From: Nitrososphaerota archaeon
Lineage (GTDB): Archaea > Thermoproteota > Nitrososphaeria > Nitrososphaerales > Nitrosopumilaceae
Length of the DNA: 32,000 bases
Direction: 5' to 3'
NCBI GenBank assembly: GCA_028867755.1
Contig: JAGWFT010000001.1
Coordinates: 1,161,992 to 1,193,991 of the forward strand
Shown here: one piece after another, positions 1 to 9,527 of the stretch
How positions within the stretch are numbered: position 1 is the first letter of the stretch
Layout: every line of letters starts with the position of its first letter
Made by a program: the position numbers and the translations under genes
The notes under the pieces: generated by a model
Databases searched by the model: none
What the model saw: the letters and a program-made list of their open reading frames with translations, nothing else
What the model was told of the DNA's origin: nothing

Positions 1-2
1 GC

Positions 3-494
3 ATGATAAATCCTGAATTAGGTTATGTCATAATGATCATGGATACCAAAGTCGAAAAAATGGGAAAAATTATTGCAGGAGATGGCGGTACTTATCACAG
101 AGTAGAATTCACTGCACTCACATTCCATCCAAAACTTCAAGAGATTGTAAGAGGTGAGATTGTTGAGATTACAGACTTTGGAGCATTTGTAAGAATTGGT
201 GCAACAGATGCATTACTACACTTGTCACAAATAATGGATGATTATCTAAAAAGCGATGTAAAATCAGGTATGATTTTGGCTAACCAGAGTGGAAGAACGA
301 TGAAGATAGGTACAACTCTTCGAGCAAGAATCACTGCAGTGTCATTAGGCAAGACTGCTGCAATGAAAGTAGGTATAACTTGCAGACAACCATTCCTTGG
401 CGCAGACGAATGGATTGAAGAAGAGATAAAGAAAGCAAAAGCCCCTCCAGCACCACAAGCTGAGAAAGTTAAGAAGACCGTAGAAGCCAAGTGA
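3..494 (+). CDS. rpo7: DNA-directed RNA polymerase subunit Rpo7 (E'), 5'-partial
   Basis: The frame is open to the window edge. The S1-fold segment EIVRGEIVEITDFGAFVRIGATDALLHLSQIMDDY is typical of archaeal Rpo7. The Spt4 gene follows 6 nt downstream, as in archaeal rpoE'-spt4 operons. The true N-terminus lies upstream of the window. Confidence 0.85.
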   Translation: MINPELGYVIMIMDTKVEKMGKIIAGDGGTYHRVEFTALTFHPKLQEIVRGEIVEITDFGAFVRIGATDALLHLSQIMDDYLKSDVKSGMILANQSGRTMKIGTTLRARITAVSLGKTAAMKVGITCRQPFLGADEWIEEEIKKAKAPPAPQAEKVKKTVEAK

Positions 495-500
495 TAAAAA

Positions 501-689
501 ATGGTCAGAGAGATGGCATGCCGCAAGTGCAAATGTGTAACCATTGGAAAAGTATGTGCAGTTTGTAAATCAACAGACTTGACACCAGACTGGAGTGGAG
601 CTGTTCTCATAGTAGATCCGATAAATTCGGTCATTGCAAAATCTTTAGGAATAACTGAAAAAGGAAAATACGCTCTCAAGGTAACTTAG
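501..689 (+). CDS. spt4: Transcription elongation factor Spt4 (RpoE'')
   Basis: 62 aa with a four-Cys zinc ribbon (CRKC...CAVC). Size and position directly after rpo7 fit Spt4. Confidence 0.85.
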   Translation: MVREMACRKCKCVTIGKVCAVCKSTDLTPDWSGAVLIVDPINSVIAKSLGITEKGKYALKVT

Positions 690-690
690 A

Positions 691-1518
691 TTGCACAGTC
701 GTGCAAAAAAGGCACTAGAAACATTTCTCAAAGAAGACATTGGCAAAGGCGACATTACAAGTAAGCTTCTTCCTCGAAAAGAAATTTCTGCAACCATAAT
801 TTCTCGCCAAAAAGGCATAGTTGCAGGGACAAAGCATGCCAAAGAAATCTTTACTTTGAGAAATTGTAAGGTCAGAATTTTGAAAAATGATGGCGCAAAG
901 ATAGGACCTAACGATAAAATAATGACAATCTCTGGCTCGGCATATTCAGTCTTGTCATGTGAAAGGACTGCACTTAACTTGCTATCAAGGATGAGCGGAA
1001 TAGCAACCCAGACAAACATGTTGGTAAGGATCATCAAAAGTGTAAATCCAAAAGTAGAACTCTACTCCACAAGAAAGACTGCACCCGGTTTGCGCATTTT
1101 TGACAAAGAAGCTGTTGAGATAGGAGGCGGTAAAAAACATCGTGTCTCACTTGATCAGATGGTCATGATAAAAGATAATCACCTAATGGTTGCAAAATCA
1201 TTACAAGACTTGGTTCGTGCTGCAAAAAAACGATATAATAGATTTGAGGTGGAAGTTGAAAACCTTGATGATGCAGTAATGGCTGCAAGAGAAGGAGCAA
1301 CAATCATAATGCTTGACAATATGCCACCCAAAAAAATCTCACATATTATTCAAGTCTTAAAATATCTTAGTCTTAGAAAGGGGATAAGAATTGAAGCATC
1401 TGGAGGAATAGATACATCAAATGTAAAGTCATACGCTAGAACTGGAGTAGACATGATCTCTATTGGGAGGTTAACTAGTTCTGCACCTGGATTAGACTTG
1501 AGTCTAGAAGTTAACTAA
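691..1518 (+). CDS. nadC: Nicotinate-nucleotide (quinolinate) pyrophosphorylase
   Basis: 275 aa with a TTG start. Type II PRTase pattern: ERTALNLL..SGIAT, TRKTAPGLR, GGG..HR..L.D..MIKDNH, EASGGI. Sits next to nadA and the aspartate dehydrogenase gene. Confidence 0.9.
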   Translation: MHSRAKKALETFLKEDIGKGDITSKLLPRKEISATIISRQKGIVAGTKHAKEIFTLRNCKVRILKNDGAKIGPNDKIMTISGSAYSVLSCERTALNLLSRMSGIATQTNMLVRIIKSVNPKVELYSTRKTAPGLRIFDKEAVEIGGGKKHRVSLDQMVMIKDNHLMVAKSLQDLVRAAKKRYNRFEVEVENLDDAVMAAREGATIIMLDNMPPKKISHIIQVLKYLSLRKGIRIEASGGIDTSNVKSYARTGVDMISIGRLTSSAPGLDLSLEVN

Positions 1519-2449
1519 TTGCTAACATACGCTCAATAGCCAGCTGTGCTCTTTGCGCAATGTTTTTTGGAACCTTGACTTCGTATTTTTCTTCCTTTAG
1601 TGACGAATGGACCTTGTCAAGTGTTATCATCTTCATGTATTTGCAAACAGCAGAGTCGGACATTGGTATGAATTCTTTTTCTGGGTTTTGTTTTCTCATT
1701 CTGTATAGTATTCCTGTTTCTGTAGCTACAACGAATGTCTTTCCGCTAGAATTCTTTGCATGATTCATCATTCCTTCTGTTGACAAGATCTGGACTTGTC
1801 TATTTCCATAGTCTCCACATGCAACATCATACATGATAGATGATGTGCAGCTACATTCTGGATGAACCAAAAACTCAGCATTGGCATACTGGGCTAGTTT
1901 TTCTTGCACTTCTTGTGGTCGTATGCCTGCATGGACATGACATTCCCCTGCCCAGATGTACATATTTTTCCTATCTGTCATTTTAGCAACATATGATCCA
2001 AGGAACATATCAGGTAAGAAGAGAATCTCTTTATTGGTTGGGATTGATTTCACTACGTTAACGGCATTTGACGAAGTGCAGCAATAATCAAGCTCAGCTT
2101 TTACCTCAGCAGATGTATTCACATATCCCACCGTTACTGCTCCTGGATGTTCACTTTTCCACTTGCGTACCTGATCAGCATTGATAGTATCTGCAAGAGA
2201 ACATCCCGCAGATAGGTCTGGAATAAGCACTTTCTTGTCAGGACACGTTATTGCTGCAGTTTCTGCCATGAAATGCACCCCGCAAAATAGAATTGTCTTA
2301 TGATCAGTTTTTGCAGCTTGACGAGAAAGACCTAACGAGTCACCTACATAATCTGCAATATCTTGCACTTCTGGCAGTTGATAATTATGAGCCAGAATTA
2401 GTACGTCCTTTTGTTCCTTTAGTTTAAGAATTTCTGATTTTAAGTCCAT
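1511..2449 (-). CDS. nadA: Quinolinate synthase
   Basis: 312 aa with ILAHNYQ, VHFMAETA and LVHPEC motifs and conserved Cys positions for the Fe-S cluster. Its 3' end overlaps nadC by 8 nt (convergent). Confidence 0.93.
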   Translation of the reverse strand: MDLKSEILKLKEQKDVLILAHNYQLPEVQDIADYVGDSLGLSRQAAKTDHKTILFCGVHFMAETAAITCPDKKVLIPDLSAGCSLADTINADQVRKWKSEHPGAVTVGYVNTSAEVKAELDYCCTSSNAVNVVKSIPTNKEILFLPDMFLGSYVAKMTDRKNMYIWAGECHVHAGIRPQEVQEKLAQYANAEFLVHPECSCTSSIMYDVACGDYGNRQVQILSTEGMMNHAKNSSGKTFVVATETGILYRMRKQNPEKEFIPMSDSAVCKYMKMITLDKVHSSLKEEKYEVKVPKNIAQRAQLAIERMLAIS

Positions 2450-2543
2450 TGTCCAGAATAGAGCTGGCTGTTCTTTCCATTTAAAGGGTCATGATGTTGA
2501 CAAATTTTTGGTCGATAGAATACATTGTGGCAATATTTGCCAT

Positions 2544-3440
2544 TCACGTACCTATGTGAATCTCTCCACCGCATATCTTCTTCAAACACTCTATTGCAGA
2601 AAGAATTGCAAGTCTGCTTGTTTTTGGGTTGCTCTCACTTGGGACATTTTCAATTTTTATGGAAAATTTTCCAAACTTTCCACTTGCTTGTATCTCATGA
2701 GTATTTTTATCAGTTTTAGGATCTGCAATTATTCGTACCATGGTTTTTGTACTTCCAATTCCAGCCAAACTGATAAGTGCTGCAACATTGATGTTTGCTG
2801 GAAATAATCTTACTGCATCTTGTGCAGTTCCTTCATATATTACAGTAGATTTTTTTATTTCGTCTGGATTTATTTTTGAGGTCTCGAAAAATTTTGCACC
2901 TTTTAGTGCTTTTGGATTCTTGGTTGTAACTAAAACTATAGAATCCAACTCATCTTTTACCGCCCTAATGCTATCAAGCCCAGCAATAGCTCCAGATGGA
3001 AGAAATATGCGTTTGTTAAAATCCTTGCAGCCTTCTAGAACTATCTCAAATATGGATTCATCTAACAGCGCACCAACACTCATTATCATTAGATCTTTTC
3101 TGTTTTGGAGAATAGATAGCGCATTGTCTCGTACTGCATCCTGAGAAGCAGCCTCTACTATCAGATCTACTGGAGACGCTGCTAATAGGCCAGCATTATC
3201 TGTTATTACAGGTTTATTTTTTAGTTTTGAAACTAACTTTTGTGATGAATCTTTTGAAAAATCAAACACATGTGTAAGTTTAGCAGGAATTTTACCAGAA
3301 TCTATAGCAATAGCTATTTCTGTCCCTATGGCACCACAACCCAAAAGTCCTATCCTTTTCAAACCAATACTTTTGGTAAACCACCTTGTTAAATCTGTTA
3401 TCGGTTTTTCGTACACATAACACAAAATTGAATTATACAA
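2544..3440 (-). CDS. nadX: L-aspartate dehydrogenase (NAD biosynthesis)
   Basis: Rossmann motif IGLLGCGAIG, plus PSGAIAGLD and FPANINVAA motifs typical of aspartate dehydrogenase. It lies upstream of nadA on the same strand. The start is uncertain: ATG at 3440, or in-frame TTG at 3362 just before KRIGLLGCGAIG, which gives the usual length. Confidence 0.82.
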   Translation of the reverse strand: MYNSILCYVYEKPITDLTRWFTKSIGLKRIGLLGCGAIGTEIAIAIDSGKIPAKLTHVFDFSKDSSQKLVSKLKNKPVITDNAGLLAASPVDLIVEAASQDAVRDNALSILQNRKDLMIMSVGALLDESIFEIVLEGCKDFNKRIFLPSGAIAGLDSIRAVKDELDSIVLVTTKNPKALKGAKFFETSKINPDEIKKSTVIYEGTAQDAVRLFPANINVAALISLAGIGSTKTMVRIIADPKTDKNTHEIQASGKFGKFSIKIENVPSESNPKTSRLAILSAIECLKKICGGEIHIGT

Positions 3441-3475
3441 TTTGCCAAGTTAATGGTGGAGTTTAAATCAAAGAA

Positions 3476-4351
3476 TTGGAGACACATGAATCTACACTTA
3501 TAGAAAAATTTCTTTTCAGAATAGCAAAGCAATGGATTGCTGGAGATACCATGAATGAAGCACTCCAGTCTGCAAAGACTGCAAACAAGAATGGGATGAG
3601 TGCCATAATCAATAGGCTTGGGGAACACATGGTGTCAAAAGAGCAGATCTGCAATGTTGTGTCAGAATATCTCACACTAGTCTCAAACTTGCGTAAATTC
3701 AAGGTAGATGGAGGCATATCAGTCAAGCCAACCCAAGTTGGAATGACTAGAAATGTTGAAGAGTGTACAGCCAATCTTGAAAAAATAATAGAAAAGGCCT
3801 CAATCTCGCAATCCTTTGTTTGGATAGATATGGAGTCTTCAGAGTATACTGATGATACCCTGAGGATCTACTTGAAACTATTTGAGAAATACGAGAGGTT
3901 TGGAATTGCAATACAGGCAAACCTCAAGCGAACTGAACAAGACTTGAAAAGGTTATTGGAACATGGTGCAAAAATTCGACTGGTAAAAGGCGCATATAGA
4001 GAAAATGGCAGAGTGGCGTACAAAACAAGACATGAAGTGGATGAGAACTACAAGAGGCTTACAAGAATGCTTTTTTTAGATGGTAACGAGTTTGCAATAG
4101 CAACTCATGATTCAAAGATGATCGAGATTGCCATAGATCTATCAAAGAAACATGAGAGAAAATTTGAGTTTCAGATGCTAAAGGGAATACGAGATGAGTT
4201 AAAGCCAATCTTGATCAAAAATGGCTTTTCCATATCTGAATACATTCCATATGGAACCAACTGGCTACCCTATTCAATAAGACGACTAAAGGAAAGAAAA
4301 TGTAACATACTGCTTCTTGGTAGTTCTTTTCTTCACTCGCATCGTGTTTGA
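3476..4351 (+). CDS. Proline dehydrogenase (monofunctional PRODH)
   Basis: 291 aa with a TTG start. PRODH TIM-barrel pattern: WIAG.T..EA, INRLGEH, SVKPTQVG, RLVKGAY, IATHD, EFQMLKG, YIPYG..WLPY..RRL.ER. It is convergent with a P5C dehydrogenase gene. Confidence 0.8.
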   Translation: METHESTLIEKFLFRIAKQWIAGDTMNEALQSAKTANKNGMSAIINRLGEHMVSKEQICNVVSEYLTLVSNLRKFKVDGGISVKPTQVGMTRNVEECTANLEKIIEKASISQSFVWIDMESSEYTDDTLRIYLKLFEKYERFGIAIQANLKRTEQDLKRLLEHGAKIRLVKGAYRENGRVAYKTRHEVDENYKRLTRMLFLDGNEFAIATHDSKMIEIAIDLSKKHERKFEFQMLKGIRDELKPILIKNGFSISEYIPYGTNWLPYSIRRLKERKCNILLLGSSFLHSHRV

Positions 4352-5922
4352 GTTTGTTCGCGCATAAATTGGAGCAAATAGTAAGCACCACCTGCTCCCT
4401 TACCTGAGATTCCAGATTCTTTCCACCCTACAAAAGGCTGGGCTCCAACCATTGCTCCAGTAGTGGCACTAGCTGCTCTGTTTGCATATGTGACTCCCGC
4501 CTCAATTCTATTGAAGAACGATTCAATCTCATTTTTGTCTTGACTGAAAATTCCTGCAGTGAGTCCATAATTGCTTTTGTTGGCCTCAGATATTGCTTCA
4601 TCAAAACTATCAAATTCTTCCACACAAAGAAATGGAACAAATAGTTCTTCTTTTACTAGCTCGTGGTCTTTTGGAAGACCTATAACAATTGTAGGCTCGA
4701 CAAAATTTCCGTCCTTGAATTTAGAGTCAGACAAAACTGAACCACCACAAACTATCTTGCCATCTTTTTTTGCAATTTCTGACGCTCTTTGGAATTTTTT
4801 CAAAGCTGTCTCATTTATTACAGGACTAACAAACACATCTTTTTCCCATGGCTTTCCTATCTTCAGTGCCTTGGTCTTTGCGACCAACTTTTCTACAAAT
4901 TGATTTGCAATATCTTTTTGAACATAGACTCTTGAACATGCACTACACTTCTGACCGCTATAACCAAATGCTGCCCTTAAGACCCCATCTGTTGCCTTTT
5001 CCAAGTCTGCTGTTTTTGTAATTATTGCAGGGTTCTTCCCGCCCATCTCTGAGATGAATGGCCTGGGCTCAGCCTCGACAAATTTATCAAAACCTGATAC
5101 TCCTACCTCTTTTGAGCCAGTAAATGCAATTCCATCTACAAGACGACTTTCTAAGATAGTTCTTCCCACGATACTGCCAGAACCTGTCACAAAATTTACT
5201 ACAGCTGGAGGGAGTTTGTGATGTATGGCTTCAATGAATTTGTATGCAGATATCGGAGAATCGCTTGATGGTTTCAATACTGCAGTATTGCCAGTGATCA
5301 GTGCACCAGAAGTCATTCCTATCGATATGGCAGATGGAAAATTAAATGGAGATATTATTCCCCAAACACCATACGGTTTTAGAGTGCTGTATGTTTTTTC
5401 ATTTTGGTTTGCGCTTTGGGTCTCCTTTGAAAAGCCGTGGTTTATCTCAAGTTGTTCTGCATAAAACCGCATAAAGTCTATCGCTTCATCTAAATCACCC
5501 ATGGATTCTAGTCGGTTTTTACCATTTTCAAAACTCAGTATTGCTGCAAGATGAAATTTGTTCTGTGCAAAGGCATCTGCAACACCTCGAAATATTTCGA
5601 CTCTTTTTTGGTATGGCGTAATAGACCACTTTGAAAATGCTTCTTTGGCAGACTCGATTGCATGTAAAACATCTTCCTTTGATGCTAGTGGAAAGTTTGC
5701 CAACACGAGGTTCTTGTCAGCCGGAGAGCGTACTTGAAACTGATTACTAGAAAATATCTCTTTTCCACCTATTATCATTGGATAACTTTTGCCAAAATCC
5801 TTTTTCACTTCCTCTATTGCTTGATCAAATTTACGATGAAATTCATCAGTGGAATGACTAGCCACGTACGTGGGCCAAGTGTTTTCATTTTGGAACATGC
5901 CAATATTAGAACTGACCACCAT
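4333..5922 (-). CDS. 1-pyrroline-5-carboxylate dehydrogenase (ALDH superfamily)
   Basis: 529 aa with ALDH motifs FTGS.EVG, EMGGKNP (catalytic Glu) and GQKCSACSR (catalytic Cys). Length and pairing with PRODH suggest the RocA/P5CDH type. Its 3' end overlaps PRODH by 19 nt. Confidence 0.78.
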   Translation of the reverse strand: MVVSSNIGMFQNENTWPTYVASHSTDEFHRKFDQAIEEVKKDFGKSYPMIIGGKEIFSSNQFQVRSPADKNLVLANFPLASKEDVLHAIESAKEAFSKWSITPYQKRVEIFRGVADAFAQNKFHLAAILSFENGKNRLESMGDLDEAIDFMRFYAEQLEINHGFSKETQSANQNEKTYSTLKPYGVWGIISPFNFPSAISIGMTSGALITGNTAVLKPSSDSPISAYKFIEAIHHKLPPAVVNFVTGSGSIVGRTILESRLVDGIAFTGSKEVGVSGFDKFVEAEPRPFISEMGGKNPAIITKTADLEKATDGVLRAAFGYSGQKCSACSRVYVQKDIANQFVEKLVAKTKALKIGKPWEKDVFVSPVINETALKKFQRASEIAKKDGKIVCGGSVLSDSKFKDGNFVEPTIVIGLPKDHELVKEELFVPFLCVEEFDSFDEAISEANKSNYGLTAGIFSQDKNEIESFFNRIEAGVTYANRAASATTGAMVGAQPFVGWKESGISGKGAGGAYYLLQFMREQTQTRCE

Positions 5923-5987
5923 AATTAGTTAGCTAGGGGATTGATTTTTCATTAACTTGTGGACAAAGATGTTTCAAACGAGAAACA

Positions 5988-5995
5988 TTTTATCT
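5988..5995 (+). promoter_or_regulatory. Candidate TATA box for the nurA operon
   Basis: ATTTTATC lies about 20-27 nt upstream of the ATG at 6015, which fits an archaeal TATA box with a leaderless or short-leader mRNA. Confidence 0.3.
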
Positions 5996-6014
5996 CAGCA
6001 GATAAAGGTGTTTT

Positions 6015-6854
6015 ATGCTCAATACTGTTTATCGCGATGCCTTGAAGAAACGAGAGGAAGCAAAATCTATCTTCAAGGGAGAAACATTTGAACGCATAAT
6101 CCAGGCGGCCAAAGAAAACTGGGTGGATTATTCTCCGCAGAAGAAGGATTCAGTTATTGCTGGTATAGATAGTAGTTATAACAGTACAAAGTTTCAAGGG
6201 CTTGAACTATGGGTGGTTACTGTGGTATCAATCAAATCAGACGGTCAAATCATAACTGAGATGCACAACCAAGGGCTAGGTCAGCCTGCCCCAGAGCTTG
6301 AGACACAGGCAAGCAAGATGGAGGTAGATGCCTGCATTGCTTCAATTGACAAGGCAGACTTGGTAACACTTGACGGTTCGCTTTATTCACAATTTCTCAC
6401 AAGACAGTCTTCACTTGGTAGTTCTATCACTTTGGCAATCAAAAAGAGAGGAAACGTTGTTTTCATATCAAAGACATCATCAGCAAGAAAACAATTTGAA
6501 AAACTAGGCTCTGCAGCAGGAGATATCTTCTATTACAATCATGCGGTAAAAAGACCTGGCTTTAGTAAGATATTTGTGGATAATTCTCTTGGACCAGGCA
6601 AAGTTGTGTCGTATGTCTATGCAAGACTTAGAGATTCCACACCACTAATCAAGATCGAATTGCTTGGCTCCGGCACTAACGAGAATGACATCAAGTCTCT
6701 TTTGGACAGATTGACAAAAAATAGTGTTGGAGGATATCCGTATGCATTAAAGTTAGCACATGAGAATTGTAAGATAACCAATTCAGATTTATCCAGACTT
6801 GTTAGTCTATACGGACTGACAAATGAGATTGGTTCTAGGGAGGTATTGAATTGA
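6015..6854 (+). CDS. nurA: NurA 5'-3' nuclease
   Basis: 279 aa with IAGIDSSYN and TLDGSL motifs of the NurA domain. It is the first gene of a nurA-herA-mre11-rad50 cluster and overlaps herA by 4 nt. Confidence 0.8.
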   Translation: MLNTVYRDALKKREEAKSIFKGETFERIIQAAKENWVDYSPQKKDSVIAGIDSSYNSTKFQGLELWVVTVVSIKSDGQIITEMHNQGLGQPAPELETQASKMEVDACIASIDKADLVTLDGSLYSQFLTRQSSLGSSITLAIKKRGNVVFISKTSSARKQFEKLGSAAGDIFYYNHAVKRPGFSKIFVDNSLGPGKVVSYVYARLRDSTPLIKIELLGSGTNENDIKSLLDRLTKNSVGGYPYALKLAHENCKITNSDLSRLVSLYGLTNEIGSREVLN

Positions 6855-8371
6855 TAATAGGTGTGGTAATTGGCGAATCAAAGCCAACCGAAGTAACAGC
6901 ACAATCGTCAAAACCTCTTTCTGTTGGAGAATACGTCATAATTGATTCTCACGATGGCAAAATTCTTGGCCTAGTTGAAAAGTCTGCAATATCAAGCGAA
7001 GCACTTACAGATATTAGAAATTTTGATGAAGCAATAGAAAGCAAAGAAGTTGCCGAGATTAATTCTAGAGATAAGAATTACAAAGTAAAAATAGGAATAC
7101 TTGGACTTTTGGACAAGTTGCAAAAAGGACACATGATGATTCCTGCAATTCCACCGCTTCCCGGAACTTCAATTCTCGAAACAACACAGCAAGACTTGGG
7201 AATGATATTTGGACCATCTAGAAACGATTGGATCAGAATAGGCTCACTCTTAAGAAATTCAGACATTGAGGCAAAAATAAACATTAACAAAATTGTATCA
7301 CGACACTTGGCTATTCTTGCAATGACAGGAATGGGAAAGAGCAATCTTGTCTCACTCATAGCAAAACATGTTGCAACACTAAATGGTACACTCATCATAT
7401 TTGACTATCACAATGACTATGAAAATCTAGATGTTTCCAAGATGAACTATATGATGGCAAAGATAAATCCTCGACTTTTGCCTGCAGACAAACTAGCCGA
7501 AGTCATAGAGATTCGTGAAAATGCAGACAAACAGCAAAGAGTCTTGCGAGAATCACTTACAGATTCAGTCAAACAGGCAAAAGAATTTTGGTCGTCTTTA
7601 GAAGAAAATGTTACTGCATTTGGTCATACTACAAAGGGTTATGCAGATAGTGCAAGCAGAGTTTTAGACAAGATAGATGATGCCAAGCATAGGTTTTCAG
7701 ATATTCTAGATCCTGACTGCGGAGACCCTGTAGATCTGATAAAGGAAGGCAGAGTAAACGTATTGAACATAGCAGAACTAAGCGAGCGACAAGCAAATGC
7801 TGGATTATCATACTATTTACAAGAACTATTACAGCAGAGAAAAGAATCAGTCTGGGAAAGAAAGGGCAAGTCTACACATAAAAGAAATTACAAGTTTCTT
7901 GCGCCAATATTTGTCATAATAGAAGAGGCTCATGTGTTCATACCAAAAGGAGAACACACAGATACCAAATATTGGGCCTCAAAGGTAGCAAGAGAAGGTC
8001 GTAAATTTGGAATTGGCCTTGGAGTAGTATCACAAAGACCAAGAAACATAGATCCCAATGTGCTCAGCCAGATGGGGTCTCTTGCAATAATGAAGATTGT
8101 ACAAGACGATGATCAGCAACAGATAGCATCTGCTGCAGAGTCATTAAGTAAAGACCTCCTCTCTCAGCTCTCGTCTTTGAATATTGGCGATGCAGTGCTA
8201 ATTGGACAGTGGGTAAACTTGCCTTCCATAGTTCACATAGACGAAATAAAGAGTAAAAAATCTGGCTCTGATCTTGATGCAGTTTCAGAATGGAACCAGA
8301 CAGACAAATTCAAAGACATTGGAAAGGAAACAACACAAGGGCTAATCCAAAAAGACTTGCTGCTTGATTGA
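6851..8371 (+). CDS. herA: HerA hexameric DNA helicase/translocase
   Basis: 506 aa with Walker A AMTGMGKSN, Walker B FVIIEEAH and an arginine-finger region VSQRP. It lies between nurA and mre11. Confidence 0.9.
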   Translation: MIIGVVIGESKPTEVTAQSSKPLSVGEYVIIDSHDGKILGLVEKSAISSEALTDIRNFDEAIESKEVAEINSRDKNYKVKIGILGLLDKLQKGHMMIPAIPPLPGTSILETTQQDLGMIFGPSRNDWIRIGSLLRNSDIEAKININKIVSRHLAILAMTGMGKSNLVSLIAKHVATLNGTLIIFDYHNDYENLDVSKMNYMMAKINPRLLPADKLAEVIEIRENADKQQRVLRESLTDSVKQAKEFWSSLEENVTAFGHTTKGYADSASRVLDKIDDAKHRFSDILDPDCGDPVDLIKEGRVNVLNIAELSERQANAGLSYYLQELLQQRKESVWERKGKSTHKRNYKFLAPIFVIIEEAHVFIPKGEHTDTKYWASKVAREGRKFGIGLGVVSQRPRNIDPNVLSQMGSLAIMKIVQDDDQQQIASAAESLSKDLLSQLSSLNIGDAVLIGQWVNLPSIVHIDEIKSKKSGSDLDAVSEWNQTDKFKDIGKETTQGLIQKDLLLD

Positions 8372-9527
8372 GATGATTTTTTCACACATTTCTGATACAC
8401 ATCTTGGTTTTGTACAATATCACTCAGAAGAACGTGAAGAAGACATCTACCGTGCATTTAAACAAGCCATAGACATTTCAATAAAAGACCATGTGGATTT
8501 TGTAATTTTCGCAGGAGATATTTTTCATGTGCCAAATCCAAGTGGAAAGGCAATAGTAGTGCTAGCAAATGCCCTAAAGAGGCTAAAACAAAACAACATA
8601 GATTCATTTTTCATCTTGGGGGAGCATGACATTAGTAGAATAAGAGGCGTTCCTGTTCCATGGGTCTACCACAATCTAGAATTTTCCAAATACATCGGAA
8701 ACGGCAAATCAGTTCTATACAAAGATGTCCTGATCCACGGATTTGACAAGAAAAGAAAAAGCGAGATCCACATATTTGAAGAAGAGTTTTCAAAAGCAGA
8801 TGCAGAGGCGAAAAATCACAGAGGACACAAGATACTGGTGCTACATCAAGGAATTTCAGAAATAAACAAATTTGCAGGAGAGATAAATTCAACAGATCTC
8901 CCAAAAAATTTTACATATTATGCGATGGGGCATCTTCATGACAAAAACCTAAAAAAGTTTGCACATCTTGGAGGTCCCTTGGCATACCCAGGCTCTATTG
9001 AGATTACATCAAGTGAGACAATAAAAGAAACAGAAAAAGGGTTTTTTGAAGTGGATATATCAAAGGCTGAAGCATCGCCAAACTGGATTAAACTAGATAC
9101 AAGGCCACAGGTCTCTTCGAGGATCTCAGTTGACAAGCTTTCTGATGAGATCAGCACACTTTCTGAGAAGATTAAATCATATAACAGAAAACCAATAGTT
9201 GAGATAAGAATAACTGGAGATGTTTTAGAGCCAGGATTTATCCAAACACAGATCTCACGACTATCTGAACTAACCCTGCGGTGTTTTTGGAAGCATGTTT
9301 CGCCTGATCAAAACAATGGTTCAGTATTCATTGAAAGACCAATAAAGATAGAAGACGAGATATACAAAATAGCAAAAGATATTCTTGGTTCAACTGAGCT
9401 TGCAAATTTTGCCATAAATGAGTTACTGCCGCTTCTCTCAAAAGGAAACATCGAAGAGGCAAATGTTGCAATCAATGAAAACTTTGTACAATTCAAAAAG
9501 GGAATGAGGAATGCTACGATCAGTTGA
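8364..9527 (+). CDS. mre11: Mre11 DNA double-strand break repair nuclease
   Basis: Calcineurin-like phosphoesterase motifs HISDTHLG, GDIFH, GEHD, LHQG and GHLH. The start is either TTG at 8364 (overlapping herA) or ATG at 8373 (MIFSHISDTHLG). Confidence 0.9.
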   Translation: MIEMIFSHISDTHLGFVQYHSEEREEDIYRAFKQAIDISIKDHVDFVIFAGDIFHVPNPSGKAIVVLANALKRLKQNNIDSFFILGEHDISRIRGVPVPWVYHNLEFSKYIGNGKSVLYKDVLIHGFDKKRKSEIHIFEEEFSKADAEAKNHRGHKILVLHQGISEINKFAGEINSTDLPKNFTYYAMGHLHDKNLKKFAHLGGPLAYPGSIEITSSETIKETEKGFFEVDISKAEASPNWIKLDTRPQVSSRISVDKLSDEISTLSEKIKSYNRKPIVEIRITGDVLEPGFIQTQISRLSELTLRCFWKHVSPDQNNGSVFIERPIKIEDEIYKIAKDILGSTELANFAINELLPLLSKGNIEEANVAINENFVQFKKGMRNATIS

